A DNA stretch of 51,103 nucleotides from a virus (Duplodnaviria; Caudoviricetes). The notes below the pieces were generated by a model that was not told where the DNA came from, searched no databases, and worked only from the letters and a program-made list of their open reading frames with translations. Position numbers and translations under genes: made by a program. Below are positions 1 to 8,605 of the stretch, one piece after another; position 1 is the first letter of the stretch; the number at the start of each line of letters is the position of its first letter. Location: positions 1 through 51,103 of IMG/VR virus record IMGVR_UViG_3300007094_000015; one strand, given 5' to 3'.

Positions 1-1667
1 AGCCCTGCCACCAGCTCAGGGTCGCGGTCCTGCACGGCCCACGTCCAGCGACCGACGCACTCGGTCAGCGTCTCCCAGATCCCGCGTACCCACGTCGGAT
101 CGGCCTTGGCCATCGCCACGTCCTCGGCCAGCTGGTTGTGGTCGTACCAATCTCGCGAACCGAACCGAAACAGCAGGCCCTGATGCCTCGGCCGATCTAC
201 GCGCAACACTGTGCCATGGTCATCCAGCACCGTCAGGTGCGTGCCGTTCGCGATCACTACCTCGCGCAGGCCCTGCCCCTCAAAGTCAGTTGCTCTATAG
301 AGCCCGATACCCCTGATGCCGCTCTGCGAGCTGTCCACACGCCGGGCGGCCGCAGCCATCGCGACCGCGTGTCGCACCTGTCGGATTGAGTATTTCGACT
401 CATCGTCCTCTTCCGAGATAACAGCCTCGCCGCGGATCCCCACGATCCGAATCAATTCCTCCTGTGTGAGATTTCGCAAGCTAGAGATGCGGTCGGTCTT
501 TTTGTGATCCAGGCTGTAGACGTGAATACCGTGCTCGTCCTCGCAGAGCACGTCCATGCCCAGCGCGTCCAAGCAGGCTTGATGCTTGGCTGGGATCTCG
601 CCAGCAGCCAGCGACCGCTTGGCCAGCGGCTCATTGGTTTCGCGAGGCGGCCAGGGCACGGACTGCGCGAGGGCTTGCAGCCTGCCCCATGGCTCTGGCC
701 CCTCCAGCAGGAAGTCACGCAGGTCTTGCCCGCGTGTAGCTACCATCTCGTAGGGCAGGTCGACGCGCTTGACGTGTCCGCCGCAGGCACGGATCTCGGC
801 GACCCACTTGTTCGCGCCGATCTCGCCTGCGTCGTCGCGGTCGTGGATGACAATCACCCGCCGTGCGCGACACAAGAATTGGCTGATCCAGCGTGGATTC
901 TCGCGTGCCCCGCACGCAGTCGTCACTACCACATGATTTCCCCACTGGCTCTCGGGGATCACACTGCACAACGCGGCGAGGTCGGTTGGCCCTTCCACCT
1001 TCCACACCGTGTCCACGATTCCACCAGCTTGCAACAGCCGAACCGCACCGGCACCCACGATGCCGGGCTTGCTGCCGCGTACGTTTAATTTGCGCACGGG
1101 TGCTGCGGTGCCGTCCTTCGACCATTTGGGCAGGGTGGCCGACATCAGGCTCATCGCGACGTAGCCGGTGAGCGATTGCAGGTCTTCGCCCCAGATCTGG
1201 TACAGCAGCACAGCTTTCGACTGGTAGGTGCCCTGCACCGTACCGGCCCGCTCCAGTCCGATAGCAGAGATGCCCGGATTCGCGGCGCAGTAAAACGGCA
1301 CCGCGTCCGGGGACCAGGAAGACAGCGTGACCTGCTGCTGCGGGTCGACCGGCACCGGCGTTCGCTTCTTTTTCTGGCTGGAATCCATCCCAAGCCAGTC
1401 AGCTACCAGCTTCACGGCGTCGACGAACCCGACGCCCTGCAGCCAACCCACAGTCGCGAATCCGTCGCCCGCGTCACGCAGGCACTGGTTGCAGATCACG
1501 CCTCCCGTCGCCTCGAAGTCATCGAACACGCGAAACCTGTCCGTACCACCGCAGCGCGGGCACGGGTGGTGTTTCGCGTCCATCACCTCGTCTGGCAGCC
1601 CCATATCCCGGCAGATTGCTCGCCACTGCCCAGCGGCAGCAGCCTTCACGTCATTTTTGTTGCGCAC
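1..1667 (-). CDS. Primase-helicase, N-terminal part (Zn ribbon + TOPRIM), running off the left end of the window
   Basis: Not in the ORF track because it has no stop in the window. Hand translation from GTG 1667 (SD AAGGAG 7 nt upstream) gives MRNKNDVKAAAAGQW...HPCPRCGGTDRFRVFDD...ICNQC (P4-alpha-type Zn ribbon) and TOPRIM motifs VWKVEGPTD and VIVIHDRDDAG. No stop seen down to position 3. Confidence 0.9.
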   Translation of the reverse strand, partial: MRNKNDVKAAAAGQWRAICRDMGLPDEVMDAKHHPCPRCGGTDRFRVFDDFEATGGVICNQCLRDAGDGFATVGWLQGVGFVDAVKLVADWLGMDSSQKKKRTPVPVDPQQQVTLSSWSPDAVPFYCAANPGISAIGLERAGTVQGTYQSKAVLLYQIWGEDLQSLTGYVAMSLMSATLPKWSKDGTAAPVRKLNVRGSKPGIVGAGAVRLLQAGGIVDTVWKVEGPTDLAALCSVIPESQWGNHVVVTTACGARENPRWISQFLCRARRVIVIHDRDDAGEIGANKWVAEIRACGGHVKRVDLPYEMVATRGQDLRDFLLEGPEPWGRLQALAQSVPWPPRETNEPLAKRSLAAGEIPAKHQACLDALGMDVLCEDEHGIHVYSLDHKKTDRISSLRNLTQEELIRIVGIRGEAVISEEDDESKYSIRQVRHAVAMAAAARRVDSSQSGIRGIGLYRATDFEGQGLREVVIANGTHLTVLDDHGTVLRVDRPRHQGLLFRFGSRDWYDHNQLAEDVAMAKADPTWVRGIWETLTECVGRWTWAVQDRDPELVAG

Positions 1668-2226
1668 GTTCGTACTCCTTCCTCCAGAATCGTTCCAGCC
1701 AGCGAAATGCCATTGTCTCAGCCATGCGCGCCGTATCAGCGAAGATCCATTGGACTCGCGGAAACCGCTGCTGGTACGAGATGACACTTCGCACAAATAT
1801 CTTGCCGTTCAGCTCCACTGGCTTCACGCCATGCGATGGCGCTTGGGTCATGAGCGTGCCTAACGTCGCCTCCACGATCACCACGCCGCACTCCATCTCA
1901 TTTAGGCGGCCCAGCTCCTGCTCAAACCGCTCTCTGCGGCCCGGCAGATGGCGGTCGGCGTCCCGGCCCGTAGCCCAGCCAAGGATGGTGCCCCACGCGT
2001 CGGATTTAGCCTTGCGCTCGATGCCGACGCGGCCAACAAATCCCTCAATGCTGTAGTCGCCGTTGCTCTCCGGGTGCCTGCCAAGGCTCTGCCGCTTGGT
2101 CGGCACCACCAACTCGCGGTAGCCTCGATTTGCGTCTGTTCGCAGCCCCTGAAATGTCCACGCGTTCTGCTCCGCCGTGTCCACCAGCACGGTGAACGGC
2201 GCGACAGCCAGGTCAGACTTGGCCAT
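1651..2226 (-). CDS. ERCC4/XPF-type nuclease (putative junction resolvase)
   Basis: Motifs VLVDTAEQ, GDYSI and VGIERK match the ERCC4 signature (vDxREq...GDY...ERK). Confidence 0.85.
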   Translation of the reverse strand: MAKSDLAVAPFTVLVDTAEQNAWTFQGLRTDANRGYRELVVPTKRQSLGRHPESNGDYSIEGFVGRVGIERKAKSDAWGTILGWATGRDADRHLPGRRERFEQELGRLNEMECGVVIVEATLGTLMTQAPSHGVKPVELNGKIFVRSVISYQQRFPRVQWIFADTARMAETMAFRWLERFWRKEYERAQQK

Positions 2227-4225
2227 TGAACACCTCCCGCAACATCGTCTTGCGGTCGAACACGCTGGCTCGCTTGACCGCCGTCTGGGCCAGCTCCGCG
2301 TCGCCGATCAGCCACGTCGCCTGCTTCGCACGCGTGATCGCCGTATAAATCAAACTGCGATCCGCAAGTCGCTTGGCACCCGGGTAGGGGTCCAGTAGGT
2401 AAGCGATGTACGGTGCTTGGCTGCCCTGCGATTTGTGGACAGTAATCGCGTAGGCCAGCTGAAGCGCAGCGCCCGTCTCCTTCTCCTCGCTCTCATCGTG
2501 TAACGCGTAACGACTCACGCGCACCACGCGATGGGGCGCAAGCATCTGGACCGTCAGGCTCTTGGGCTCGATTTTCTGGACTACGCCAAACTCACCATTG
2601 GCGACGTACACCTCTCCAGCCTTGTTTCTGACCGCCTCGTCGCTGACCTCGCCCGCTGGCAGGAGCCAAGAGTTCTTCAGCGCCATGACCTTGTCCCCGG
2701 GCCGGAACGGCGTGCCCGCAGCCAGCTCGCCGGGATTCCACACCTGCTGCAACAGCTTGTTTACTTCGCTACAGCTGAGCCTAGATTTCGTGTTCACCGC
2801 GCACACGACCTGCAGCGACCACGGGTCAGCGTCAAGCGTCTCGATCAGCCCACGCAGCCGCAGCAGCGACTCCTCGTCGTTGGCCGCTGGCAGGTGCAGC
2901 AGATTGGTTTCCGGCTCGCCGTTCCAGTCTGGATGCGTCTCGAACCGCAGCCCCTGCCGGATCTGGACGCCTGCCGCGACAATGGCCCCAGCGTTGCGCC
3001 GAACTTGCGTCAGCGTGCCCGTGGGCACGAACTCCTCCATGTCTCGCAGCGGAGCACCGGGGCCGACCGGCGGAAGCTGGTAGGGATCGCCCAAGAAAAG
3101 GATATGCGTACCCAGTTTTGCCCGCTCGAACACGGCCGCCATCAACGGCAAGTCGATCATCGAAGACTCGTCCACGAACAGAAACTGCGTGTCGATGTCC
3201 TTCGCGAACTTGCTGCCGTCGAAGCCCATAAGCGAGTGTAACGTCTTCGCCCGCGCTTCCAGGTGCAGGTCCGCGAGCGCCTCACTGAGCCGCACCGCTG
3301 CCTTGCCGGTCGGAGCGGCGATCTGATAGGTAGCACCCGACTCGGCGATGGCGCGAATCACCTGCGCCGCTGTGTAGGTCTTGCCCGTGCCAGCCGACCC
3401 GAGCAGCAATCCGACCGGCGCGGCCAACGCTCGCGTCAGCTGTTCGTGCTGGTGCTCGCCGCCTTCCCACGGAGCGATGGCGGGCCACTTGTTCGGCTTG
3501 GACTGAAACTCGCGGATCATCTGGGCCAGACGCTGCTCGGTCTTTGCCATGCGCGCCTCGGCCAGCCACTGGTGGTCGCTGTCCCACGCTGGTTTGCCGC
3601 CTGCGTCGGTGTAAATGGCCGCCATCACACCCGCGCGAACGCCCAGTCGTACCGCACGCTCCGGGTCGACCTCCATCGCACCCACCGACTCGCGGATCGC
3701 TTGGTGCACCGCTGCTGCCGGGTGCCAGATACTGCCTCCGGCGTTTGCCAGCCAGTGCACGCCACACAGCGTCTGCCGTTTCAGCGCGCTCCGTGGCTTG
3801 CCCAAATCAAGATACAACCTATCGCACAACTTGAAGCCGACCCGGTCGAACTGGCTGAGCAAATACGGATTACGCTCGGCCAGCTCTTTCGCGCGCGGCC
3901 CCCACTCGTACGCCAGCGCGGCGGCCAGGTCGCGTGGGAAACCACGTCCCAGCAGCATCTCCAGCAGGTCGCCGACCAGTCCCTGTGTGGGCCAGTCCGT
4001 GTAGCAGAACGCAGCGAGCTGCGGTTCCGTGCGCCACTTACTTCGATAGCCAGTCATTTGGCCCCAGAACACACGCTTCGCGCCGTTGTGGATTGGCCAG
4101 TATTGCTCCTTTGCCTTGACTACCACGTCCCGCTCTGGCGTGCGCACCACGACCAGCACCGTGTCATTCTCCGCGCCCTGCCAGCGCTGCTTTTCTTGAA
4201 TCACCTGACCCACAATCTTTTCCAC
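2213..4225 (-). CDS. recD2: RecD2-like SF1B DNA helicase
   Basis: NPY..GFK..D helix-hairpin-helix region, Walker A GSAGTGKT, APTGKAA, Walker B VDESSM, GDPYQLPPVGPG, LAYAITVHKSQGSQ, YTAITRAK. Start moved to GTG 4225 after SD GGGAGG. Confidence 0.93.
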   Translation of the reverse strand: MEKIVGQVIQEKQRWQGAENDTVLVVVRTPERDVVVKAKEQYWPIHNGAKRVFWGQMTGYRSKWRTEPQLAAFCYTDWPTQGLVGDLLEMLLGRGFPRDLAAALAYEWGPRAKELAERNPYLLSQFDRVGFKLCDRLYLDLGKPRSALKRQTLCGVHWLANAGGSIWHPAAAVHQAIRESVGAMEVDPERAVRLGVRAGVMAAIYTDAGGKPAWDSDHQWLAEARMAKTEQRLAQMIREFQSKPNKWPAIAPWEGGEHQHEQLTRALAAPVGLLLGSAGTGKTYTAAQVIRAIAESGATYQIAAPTGKAAVRLSEALADLHLEARAKTLHSLMGFDGSKFAKDIDTQFLFVDESSMIDLPLMAAVFERAKLGTHILFLGDPYQLPPVGPGAPLRDMEEFVPTGTLTQVRRNAGAIVAAGVQIRQGLRFETHPDWNGEPETNLLHLPAANDEESLLRLRGLIETLDADPWSLQVVCAVNTKSRLSCSEVNKLLQQVWNPGELAAGTPFRPGDKVMALKNSWLLPAGEVSDEAVRNKAGEVYVANGEFGVVQKIEPKSLTVQMLAPHRVVRVSRYALHDESEEKETGAALQLAYAITVHKSQGSQAPYIAYLLDPYPGAKRLADRSLIYTAITRAKQATWLIGDAELAQTAVKRASVFDRKTMLREVFNGQV

Positions 4226-4238
4226 GATCTGTCCTCCC

Positions 4239-4267
4239 AAAAAAAAGGGGCGCATCCGTGCGCCCCT
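4239..4267 (-). terminator. Rho-independent terminator between SSB-like gene and helicase
   Basis: Minus strand AGGGGCGCA-CGGA-TGCGCCCCT (9-bp stem) followed by a T run that abuts the helicase SD. Confidence 0.8.
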
Positions 4268-4288
4268 GCCCCACCGACAAGCACCACG

Positions 4289-4864
4289 CTAGAACTGGAA
4301 CGAATCGACCTCCGCCGCAGGCGCGACCGCAGGCATCACCGACTTCGGTCCGATCCGCCGGAAGTGCGGTTTAATCAGGTTCAGCGCCTCCGCGTTCTTC
4401 GGGAACCGGCTGCAATCCTCGTCGTCGACGTGGTAGATGTCCGCGAACTTGATCTGCAGGTGCTCGCGTCCGCTGGCGTCGGTGCGCTTGCCCAGCCGCA
4501 CGCACAGCTGCTGGAACTTTGCCTTGTCCAGGTCGATGTTCTTGGCCTTGTTCAGCTCGCCCGGCTGGATCAGGTTCACCGCCAGAAGAAAGCGGTCGAT
4601 CTTCTTGCGCTCCATCTTGCCGCCGTCGCGCGAGCTAGTATTGGGCACCCAGAAGACCTCTTTCTTGACCTTGTTCTCCGTGCCCTGCGGGCCAGCAAGC
4701 ACGCAGAACGTGACAGCGAACAGGCTGTTGCTGATGTAGCTGCCGTCCGCTTTCAGGGCCGGTTGTTGGATGTCCTGAACGGCGACGTGATACTCGCCCT
4801 CCTGATCCAAAAACTGGCTACCGGAACTCATGTCGTCGCCAGTCGTCCATTCAAATCCACTCAT
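4289..4864 (-). CDS. Putative single-stranded DNA-binding protein (DUF669-like OB fold)
   Basis: EGEYHVAV N-terminal strand, acidic tail ending in Phe (EVDSFQF), located directly after the recombinase. Confidence 0.55.
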   Translation of the reverse strand: MSGFEWTTGDDMSSGSQFLDQEGEYHVAVQDIQQPALKADGSYISNSLFAVTFCVLAGPQGTENKVKKEVFWVPNTSSRDGGKMERKKIDRFLLAVNLIQPGELNKAKNIDLDKAKFQQLCVRLGKRTDASGREHLQIKFADIYHVDDEDCSRFPKNAEALNLIKPHFRRIGPKSVMPAVAPAAEVDSFQF

Positions 4865-4879
4865 GTCATCTTCCTTTTG

Positions 4880-5692
4880 TTAAAGTCCGCGTCGGTACTT
4901 GATAACTTCCAACTTCTGAATCATGTCAGCAGCGTGCTCGGCCGTGAGCTGGTCGAGCGACTCGACTCCCCTTCGGTGCAACGCCGCTTCCTGATCGTGC
5001 TCGCCGATGTCGAGCAGGTCATACAGGTCAAGGATCGTTTCGGCCTGCACGGCTGAGATCATTTCGACCGTGGCCTCCACCTCTGCCTCCACTGGCTGAA
5101 CCTGCTCCTCCTGCGCGTGCTGCTGGAGCACGGCGGTCATGTTGACTGGAGCAGCCACGGGTGCCGGGCGGTCGCTCACGTCGTTCATCTCCTCCGGCGT
5201 GTACATGCCATTGCACAGCTCGGGAGCCAGGAGCTTGATCGACGAGCTGATCAAGCGCGCCCAGAGCATCGACTTGCGGTCAAGCGGGGTGCTCCAGTTG
5301 TCCTTCAAGCCCGCCTTGTGGTTGTTGGCATCCTTCCACGGCCAACGCGACTCCTGAGCTTCCGACCACGTCAGGGCAAATTCGTACTCCTGCCCCTCCC
5401 ACGTCAGCTTGACCGCCGCGCGGTCGGCACTGTGCTCCAGTACGACGTGGCGTCCTCCAGCCATCCTGAACTGAGCCAGGAACGCGTCCGACCGCATGGT
5501 GGGTCGGCCTTGGATCAGGTGGTACTTGCGCGAGAACTCGATGGGTGTGATGCCTTCGACCATGCAGGTCAACGCGATGACGAACCCTTCTTCTGCGCTG
5601 CGTGCGCCGCAGACCTTGGCGATGGGCAAACTCATCTTCTCGGCCGCGACAATCGGATCTGGAATCTTCTGGTAGATCTGCAAAGCACTCAT
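4880..5692 (-). CDS. RecT/Red-beta-like single-strand annealing protein
   Basis: GITPI...YHLIQGRPTM, W...A...W...MLWAR, APELCNGMYTPEEM pattern; C-terminal ISAVQ..L..LT..A..I module; lies next to an exonuclease. Confidence 0.75.
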   Translation of the reverse strand: MSALQIYQKIPDPIVAAEKMSLPIAKVCGARSAEEGFVIALTCMVEGITPIEFSRKYHLIQGRPTMRSDAFLAQFRMAGGRHVVLEHSADRAAVKLTWEGQEYEFALTWSEAQESRWPWKDANNHKAGLKDNWSTPLDRKSMLWARLISSSIKLLAPELCNGMYTPEEMNDVSDRPAPVAAPVNMTAVLQQHAQEEQVQPVEAEVEATVEMISAVQAETILDLYDLLDIGEHDQEAALHRRGVESLDQLTAEHAADMIQKLEVIKYRRGL

Positions 5693-6486
5693 TCAAATTT
5701 CTCCCATTCTTGAGGCGTACCCAAACCAAAACGCTGCAACCACTCCATGGGCTGGCGAACATCGTTCGCGAGGTACTGCAAAGCGCGGTCACGATCCGTG
5801 CGCCACAGCTCGCCAAACTCCTGGCCGCGGTGGCCCTCGACCTTGCCGCCGGTGCCGATGGCGCGACCGATCAGGTCGAAGCTGCTGCTGGCCTGCGAAT
5901 CGCCGAGCTGCCAGACGCGACGCAGGTCGACGAACACCGGGCTCCAGTTGGCCCATCGGCTCGTCAGGTCGACTACGCTCTTGGGCACGGCCACCTGCAG
6001 AATCCAGCTGCGCTTCACGAGGAACGGCAAATCGAAGCTAAAGATATTCACTCCAGCCAAAATCGAACGGCCGTCCTGACGCCTCGCGACTTCGTGAGCG
6101 CGAAACGTAGCCCAGAACTGCTGCAGCATCCGCAGTTCGGTTTCTTCATGGATCACCGAGCAGCGTCCATCCTCTGCGCACATGCCGATCACCAGCACGC
6201 GGCCAGTCACCGGCGACAACGCCGCCTTGGCCCGAAAGTCGGTGAAGTGGTTTTCCTTCGCCGCCTTGCGGGCCTCGCTGGCAGCCTCGCGAGCAGCTTC
6301 GTGCTTAACTCGCTCGTCCTCCAGCTTGGCGGCCCGCTTCTCCTCGTCCTTCACATTGCCGTACCGCACTGACTTGGGGTCAAATTGCCCAAGCAGCGGA
6401 TACTTCGACTCGTCAAACTCCGGCAGGAGCTTGGCCAGCTGGTCGTCAGGCAGCGGCTCCGTCTCAATGTCGAAAACTGAAATCAT
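5689..6486 (-). CDS. DEDD-family 3'-5' exonuclease (PolB-exonuclease-like)
   Basis: ExoI VFDIET, ExoII NIFSFDLPFL, ExoIII YLANDV. Confidence 0.85.
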   Translation of the reverse strand: MISVFDIETEPLPDDQLAKLLPEFDESKYPLLGQFDPKSVRYGNVKDEEKRAAKLEDERVKHEAAREAASEARKAAKENHFTDFRAKAALSPVTGRVLVIGMCAEDGRCSVIHEETELRMLQQFWATFRAHEVARRQDGRSILAGVNIFSFDLPFLVKRSWILQVAVPKSVVDLTSRWANWSPVFVDLRRVWQLGDSQASSSFDLIGRAIGTGGKVEGHRGQEFGELWRTDRDRALQYLANDVRQPMEWLQRFGLGTPQEWEKFE

Positions 6487-6489
6487 CTC

Positions 6490-6576
6490 TCACTCTCCTA
6501 GATCACAACGACACACAACCCAACTCACGAAAGCGGCTAAAGCGAACGCCCCAGCCAGGAACCAAATAAAGGTCAC
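6490..6576 (-). CDS. 28-aa single-pass membrane microprotein
   Basis: GTG overlaps the csrA stop (GTGA). MTFIWFLAGAFALAAFVSWVVCRCDLGE fills the gap to the exonuclease gene exactly. Confidence 0.5.
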   Translation of the reverse strand: MTFIWFLAGAFALAAFVSWVVCRCDLGE

Positions 6577-6755
6577 GCGTCACCAGCCTTTCCGTCGCTG
6601 TAGATCTCGTCGTAGATCTCCTCGCGGTGGACTTCCAGGTCTTTCGGGGCGTCAATTCCGATCTTGACCTTGCCGCCCCTGACCTCAGTGACCGTGATGA
6701 CGATGTCGTGACCGATCCGAATGCGCTGATTCACTTGGCGCATGAGCACGAGCAT
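6573..6755 (-). CDS. csrA: Carbon storage regulator CsrA/RsmA (GGA-binding translational regulator)
   Basis: MLVLMR...IRIGHDIVITVTEVRGGKVKIGIDAPKDLEVHREEIY is the CsrA consensus, including the RNA-binding HREE Arg. SD AAAGGAG. Confidence 0.96.
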   Translation of the reverse strand: MLVLMRQVNQRIRIGHDIVITVTEVRGGKVKIGIDAPKDLEVHREEIYDEIYSDGKAGDA

Positions 6756-6847
6756 CAGCTACTCCTTTCGCTGGCAGACTCCTGTCACCTCTCAGATGGG
6801 TGACCTGCGAACACGTTAAGCGACGTTTACGCTGATTCGTCGCGGTG

Positions 6848-6916
6848 CGCGAAAGATTGGGCGAGGTCGCGAAAAACCCGCTGTGATTGCGCGAAAGTGT
6901 GCGTTTCTGCGCGAGC
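6848..6916. repeat. Phased CGCGA(AA) direct repeats in the attP arm region
   Basis: CGCGA starts at 6848, 6868, 6890 and 6910 (20-22 bp spacing, about two helical turns). Confidence 0.55.
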
Positions 6917-7056
6917 ACAATCCTGCTGAGACGGCAGCCTGAAAAACAGAGTCTGCGGTTTTTCGGCCGAAAACGACAAAAGCCGCCGCAGGGTTGCTTC
7001 CGCATCCCCGCGACGGCTTCTGTTTTGGCTTCGTCTGGATCCAGATTTGCGAGAAA

Positions 7057-8328
7057 TCAGCCGAAAAACTCAGGTGCAGTGGGGCCTGTATCGCCCATTA
7101 TTTGGCCCCCAGGAACTGCCCCGTGCGTCAAATTAGGCTCAAAACTGGACAAAACTGCTCGCCCTGTGCCACTCGGCTGCGTGGCTTGATGCCCGTTGAT
7201 ACTGGGCTGCGCGAAACTGCGGGCTTCGCCTTTGGCTTCGCCTGTGGCTTCGCCTTTTGCGCGTCGCAGGTGCTCGTCGGTGACCTGCAGGTAGTGACGA
7301 GCTGCGATTCGCGGACTGTTCCCGATCCACTGACAGACCACATGGATCGGGTAGGACTCCGCCAGCTCTGTCTCGCGGGTCGACCGCAGGTTCTGCCACA
7401 GTTTCGGCCAGACGGGCACCCCGGCCCGGCCAATGGCCCGCACCAGAATCGACGAGAGGGCCTGCCCCGTCATGCGGTGCCGGGCGACCACCCAGCGACT
7501 ACCGGGCTCGGCCGCGTGGAAACACCGCTCCAGCCAGGGTCGGATCTCGGGAAAGATCGGCACCAGCCGCGTCACCCCCGTCTTGGGGGCTCGGACACGG
7601 ATCGTGCCGCGATGCCAGTCCACGTCGTCCCACGTCAGCACCAGCGGCTCGCTGGGCACTCGCAGCCCGCCGTATCGCGCGAGCACCAGGATCAACCGAT
7701 ATTCGTCGTCCGTCAGCTGGTCGAGGACGCGGTCGATCACATCAGACCCGACGAACGCCATTCGCTCGCGGTTCTCTTGGCTGCCGAATCGCAGCCCGTC
7801 AAACGGGTTGGCTGCCAGCCATCGCTTTTTCACGGCGACGGCAAAGAACTGCCGCGCCCGCCGGGACCGGCCGTTGCTGGTGGCAGCCGCCTGAACATTG
7901 CGTTTCAGCCAGTTGCCAAACTCCTCCGCGTCGCCGGGCGTGATCGTGGCCAGCTGGCGGTCCGCCCCAAAGAACTCGATCAGGTTACGCCTGACGTGGC
8001 CGTAGCTGAGCAGTGTGCTCTGCTTGACCTGCAGCTGCGACCAAACGTATTCGAGCAGTTCACTCAGTGTGTGCACCCGCCGCTCTTCGATCAAACCACA
8101 GGCTGCTAACTTCTGGCTTAATCGACGATCCAGCTTGGTGACCCACACAGCAGTCGCCTCGTCGGGGGAAACCCCTGCGAGGCGGCTTGCGTTTAGGGCT
8201 TCGACTCGCCGCACCACCTCTTCCGCTGCACGCTTCTCAATTAAACCGAGTCGCAGGGTCTTTTTTGTGCCTTCCGACCTCCACTGTATCCACCAGTGCT
8301 TGTTCGGGCGTTGCATCAACGTAGCCAT
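7057..8328 (-). CDS. int: Tyrosine recombinase (phage integrase)
   Basis: Arm-binding N-terminus, SAM-like domain, ANPFDGL, GGLRVPSE (R), APKT (K), WQNLRSTRETEL, WIGNS, HYLQVT (Y). The QNLR/GNS variant is the one I associate with planctomycete integrases. Confidence 0.95.
   Translation of the reverse strand: MATLMQRPNKHWWIQWRSEGTKKTLRLGLIEKRAAEEVVRRVEALNASRLAGVSPDEATAVWVTKLDRRLSQKLAACGLIEERRVHTLSELLEYVWSQLQVKQSTLLSYGHVRRNLIEFFGADRQLATITPGDAEEFGNWLKRNVQAAATSNGRSRRARQFFAVAVKKRWLAANPFDGLRFGSQENRERMAFVGSDVIDRVLDQLTDDEYRLILVLARYGGLRVPSEPLVLTWDDVDWHRGTIRVRAPKTGVTRLVPIFPEIRPWLERCFHAAEPGSRWVVARHRMTGQALSSILVRAIGRAGVPVWPKLWQNLRSTRETELAESYPIHVVCQWIGNSPRIAARHYLQVTDEHLRRAKGEATGEAKGEARSFAQPSINGHQATQPSGTGRAVLSSFEPNLTHGAVPGGQIMGDTGPTAPEFFG
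7085..7097 (+). other. Putative attP core matching a tRNA 3' end (tRNA-Val-like)
   Basis: CCTGT-ATCGCCC-A equals the 3' T-stem strand, 3' acceptor strand and discriminator of tRNAs beginning GGGCGAT. It lies in the last codons of int. Confidence 0.65.
7222..7257. repeat. Three tandem 12-bp repeats GGCTTCGCCT(TT/GT), putative integrase arm-type sites
   Basis: ggcttcgccttt ggcttcgcctgt ggcttcgccttt; two degenerate GGCTTC copies at 12-bp spacing on the other side of the core (7015, 7027). Confidence 0.7.
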
Positions 8329-8605
8329 TCTTTCCCTCCCTCAAGTCTCGAAATTGGGCCAACTCACTCTTCTTGATTCGGACACGATTCGTAGCTGATC
8401 GAACGCAACTTAGCAGCCCTTTGTCCATGTAGCTGCGGACACTGGACTGAGACACTCCAAGGAAATTTGCCGATTCCTCGATGGTTAAAAACAGCTCGCC
8501 CTCTCCTGACACGCTCCGGGCAATCGCGCGAACCAAGGTTTCGGCTAACCACGATCCGACCGTCCTCGCGGCGTGTACGACGTGCTCCACGTCCTCACAT
8601 TCCAT
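8237..8605 (-). CDS. xis: Excisionase / HTH_17 (MerR-like wHTH) protein
   Basis: FLTIEESANFLGVSQSSVRSYMDKGLL...VRIKKSEL is the excisionase-family pattern. Immediately upstream of int, overlapping its start. Confidence 0.85.
   Translation of the reverse strand: MECEDVEHVVHAARTVGSWLAETLVRAIARSVSGEGELFLTIEESANFLGVSQSSVRSYMDKGLLSCVRSATNRVRIKKSELAQFRDLREGKNGYVDATPEQALVDTVEVGRHKKDPATRFN

Noticed and set aside
7060-7100. tRNA gene
   Set aside because: Only the last 13 nt resemble a tRNA; there is no D or anticodon arm and no TTCG T-loop.
3263-8109. Long plus-strand ORFs (3263-5056, 5602-6372, 6994-8109) and similar ones across 8.8-42.5 kb
   Set aside because: Antisense shadows of well-supported minus-strand genes in high-GC DNA, with no motifs or SD sites.
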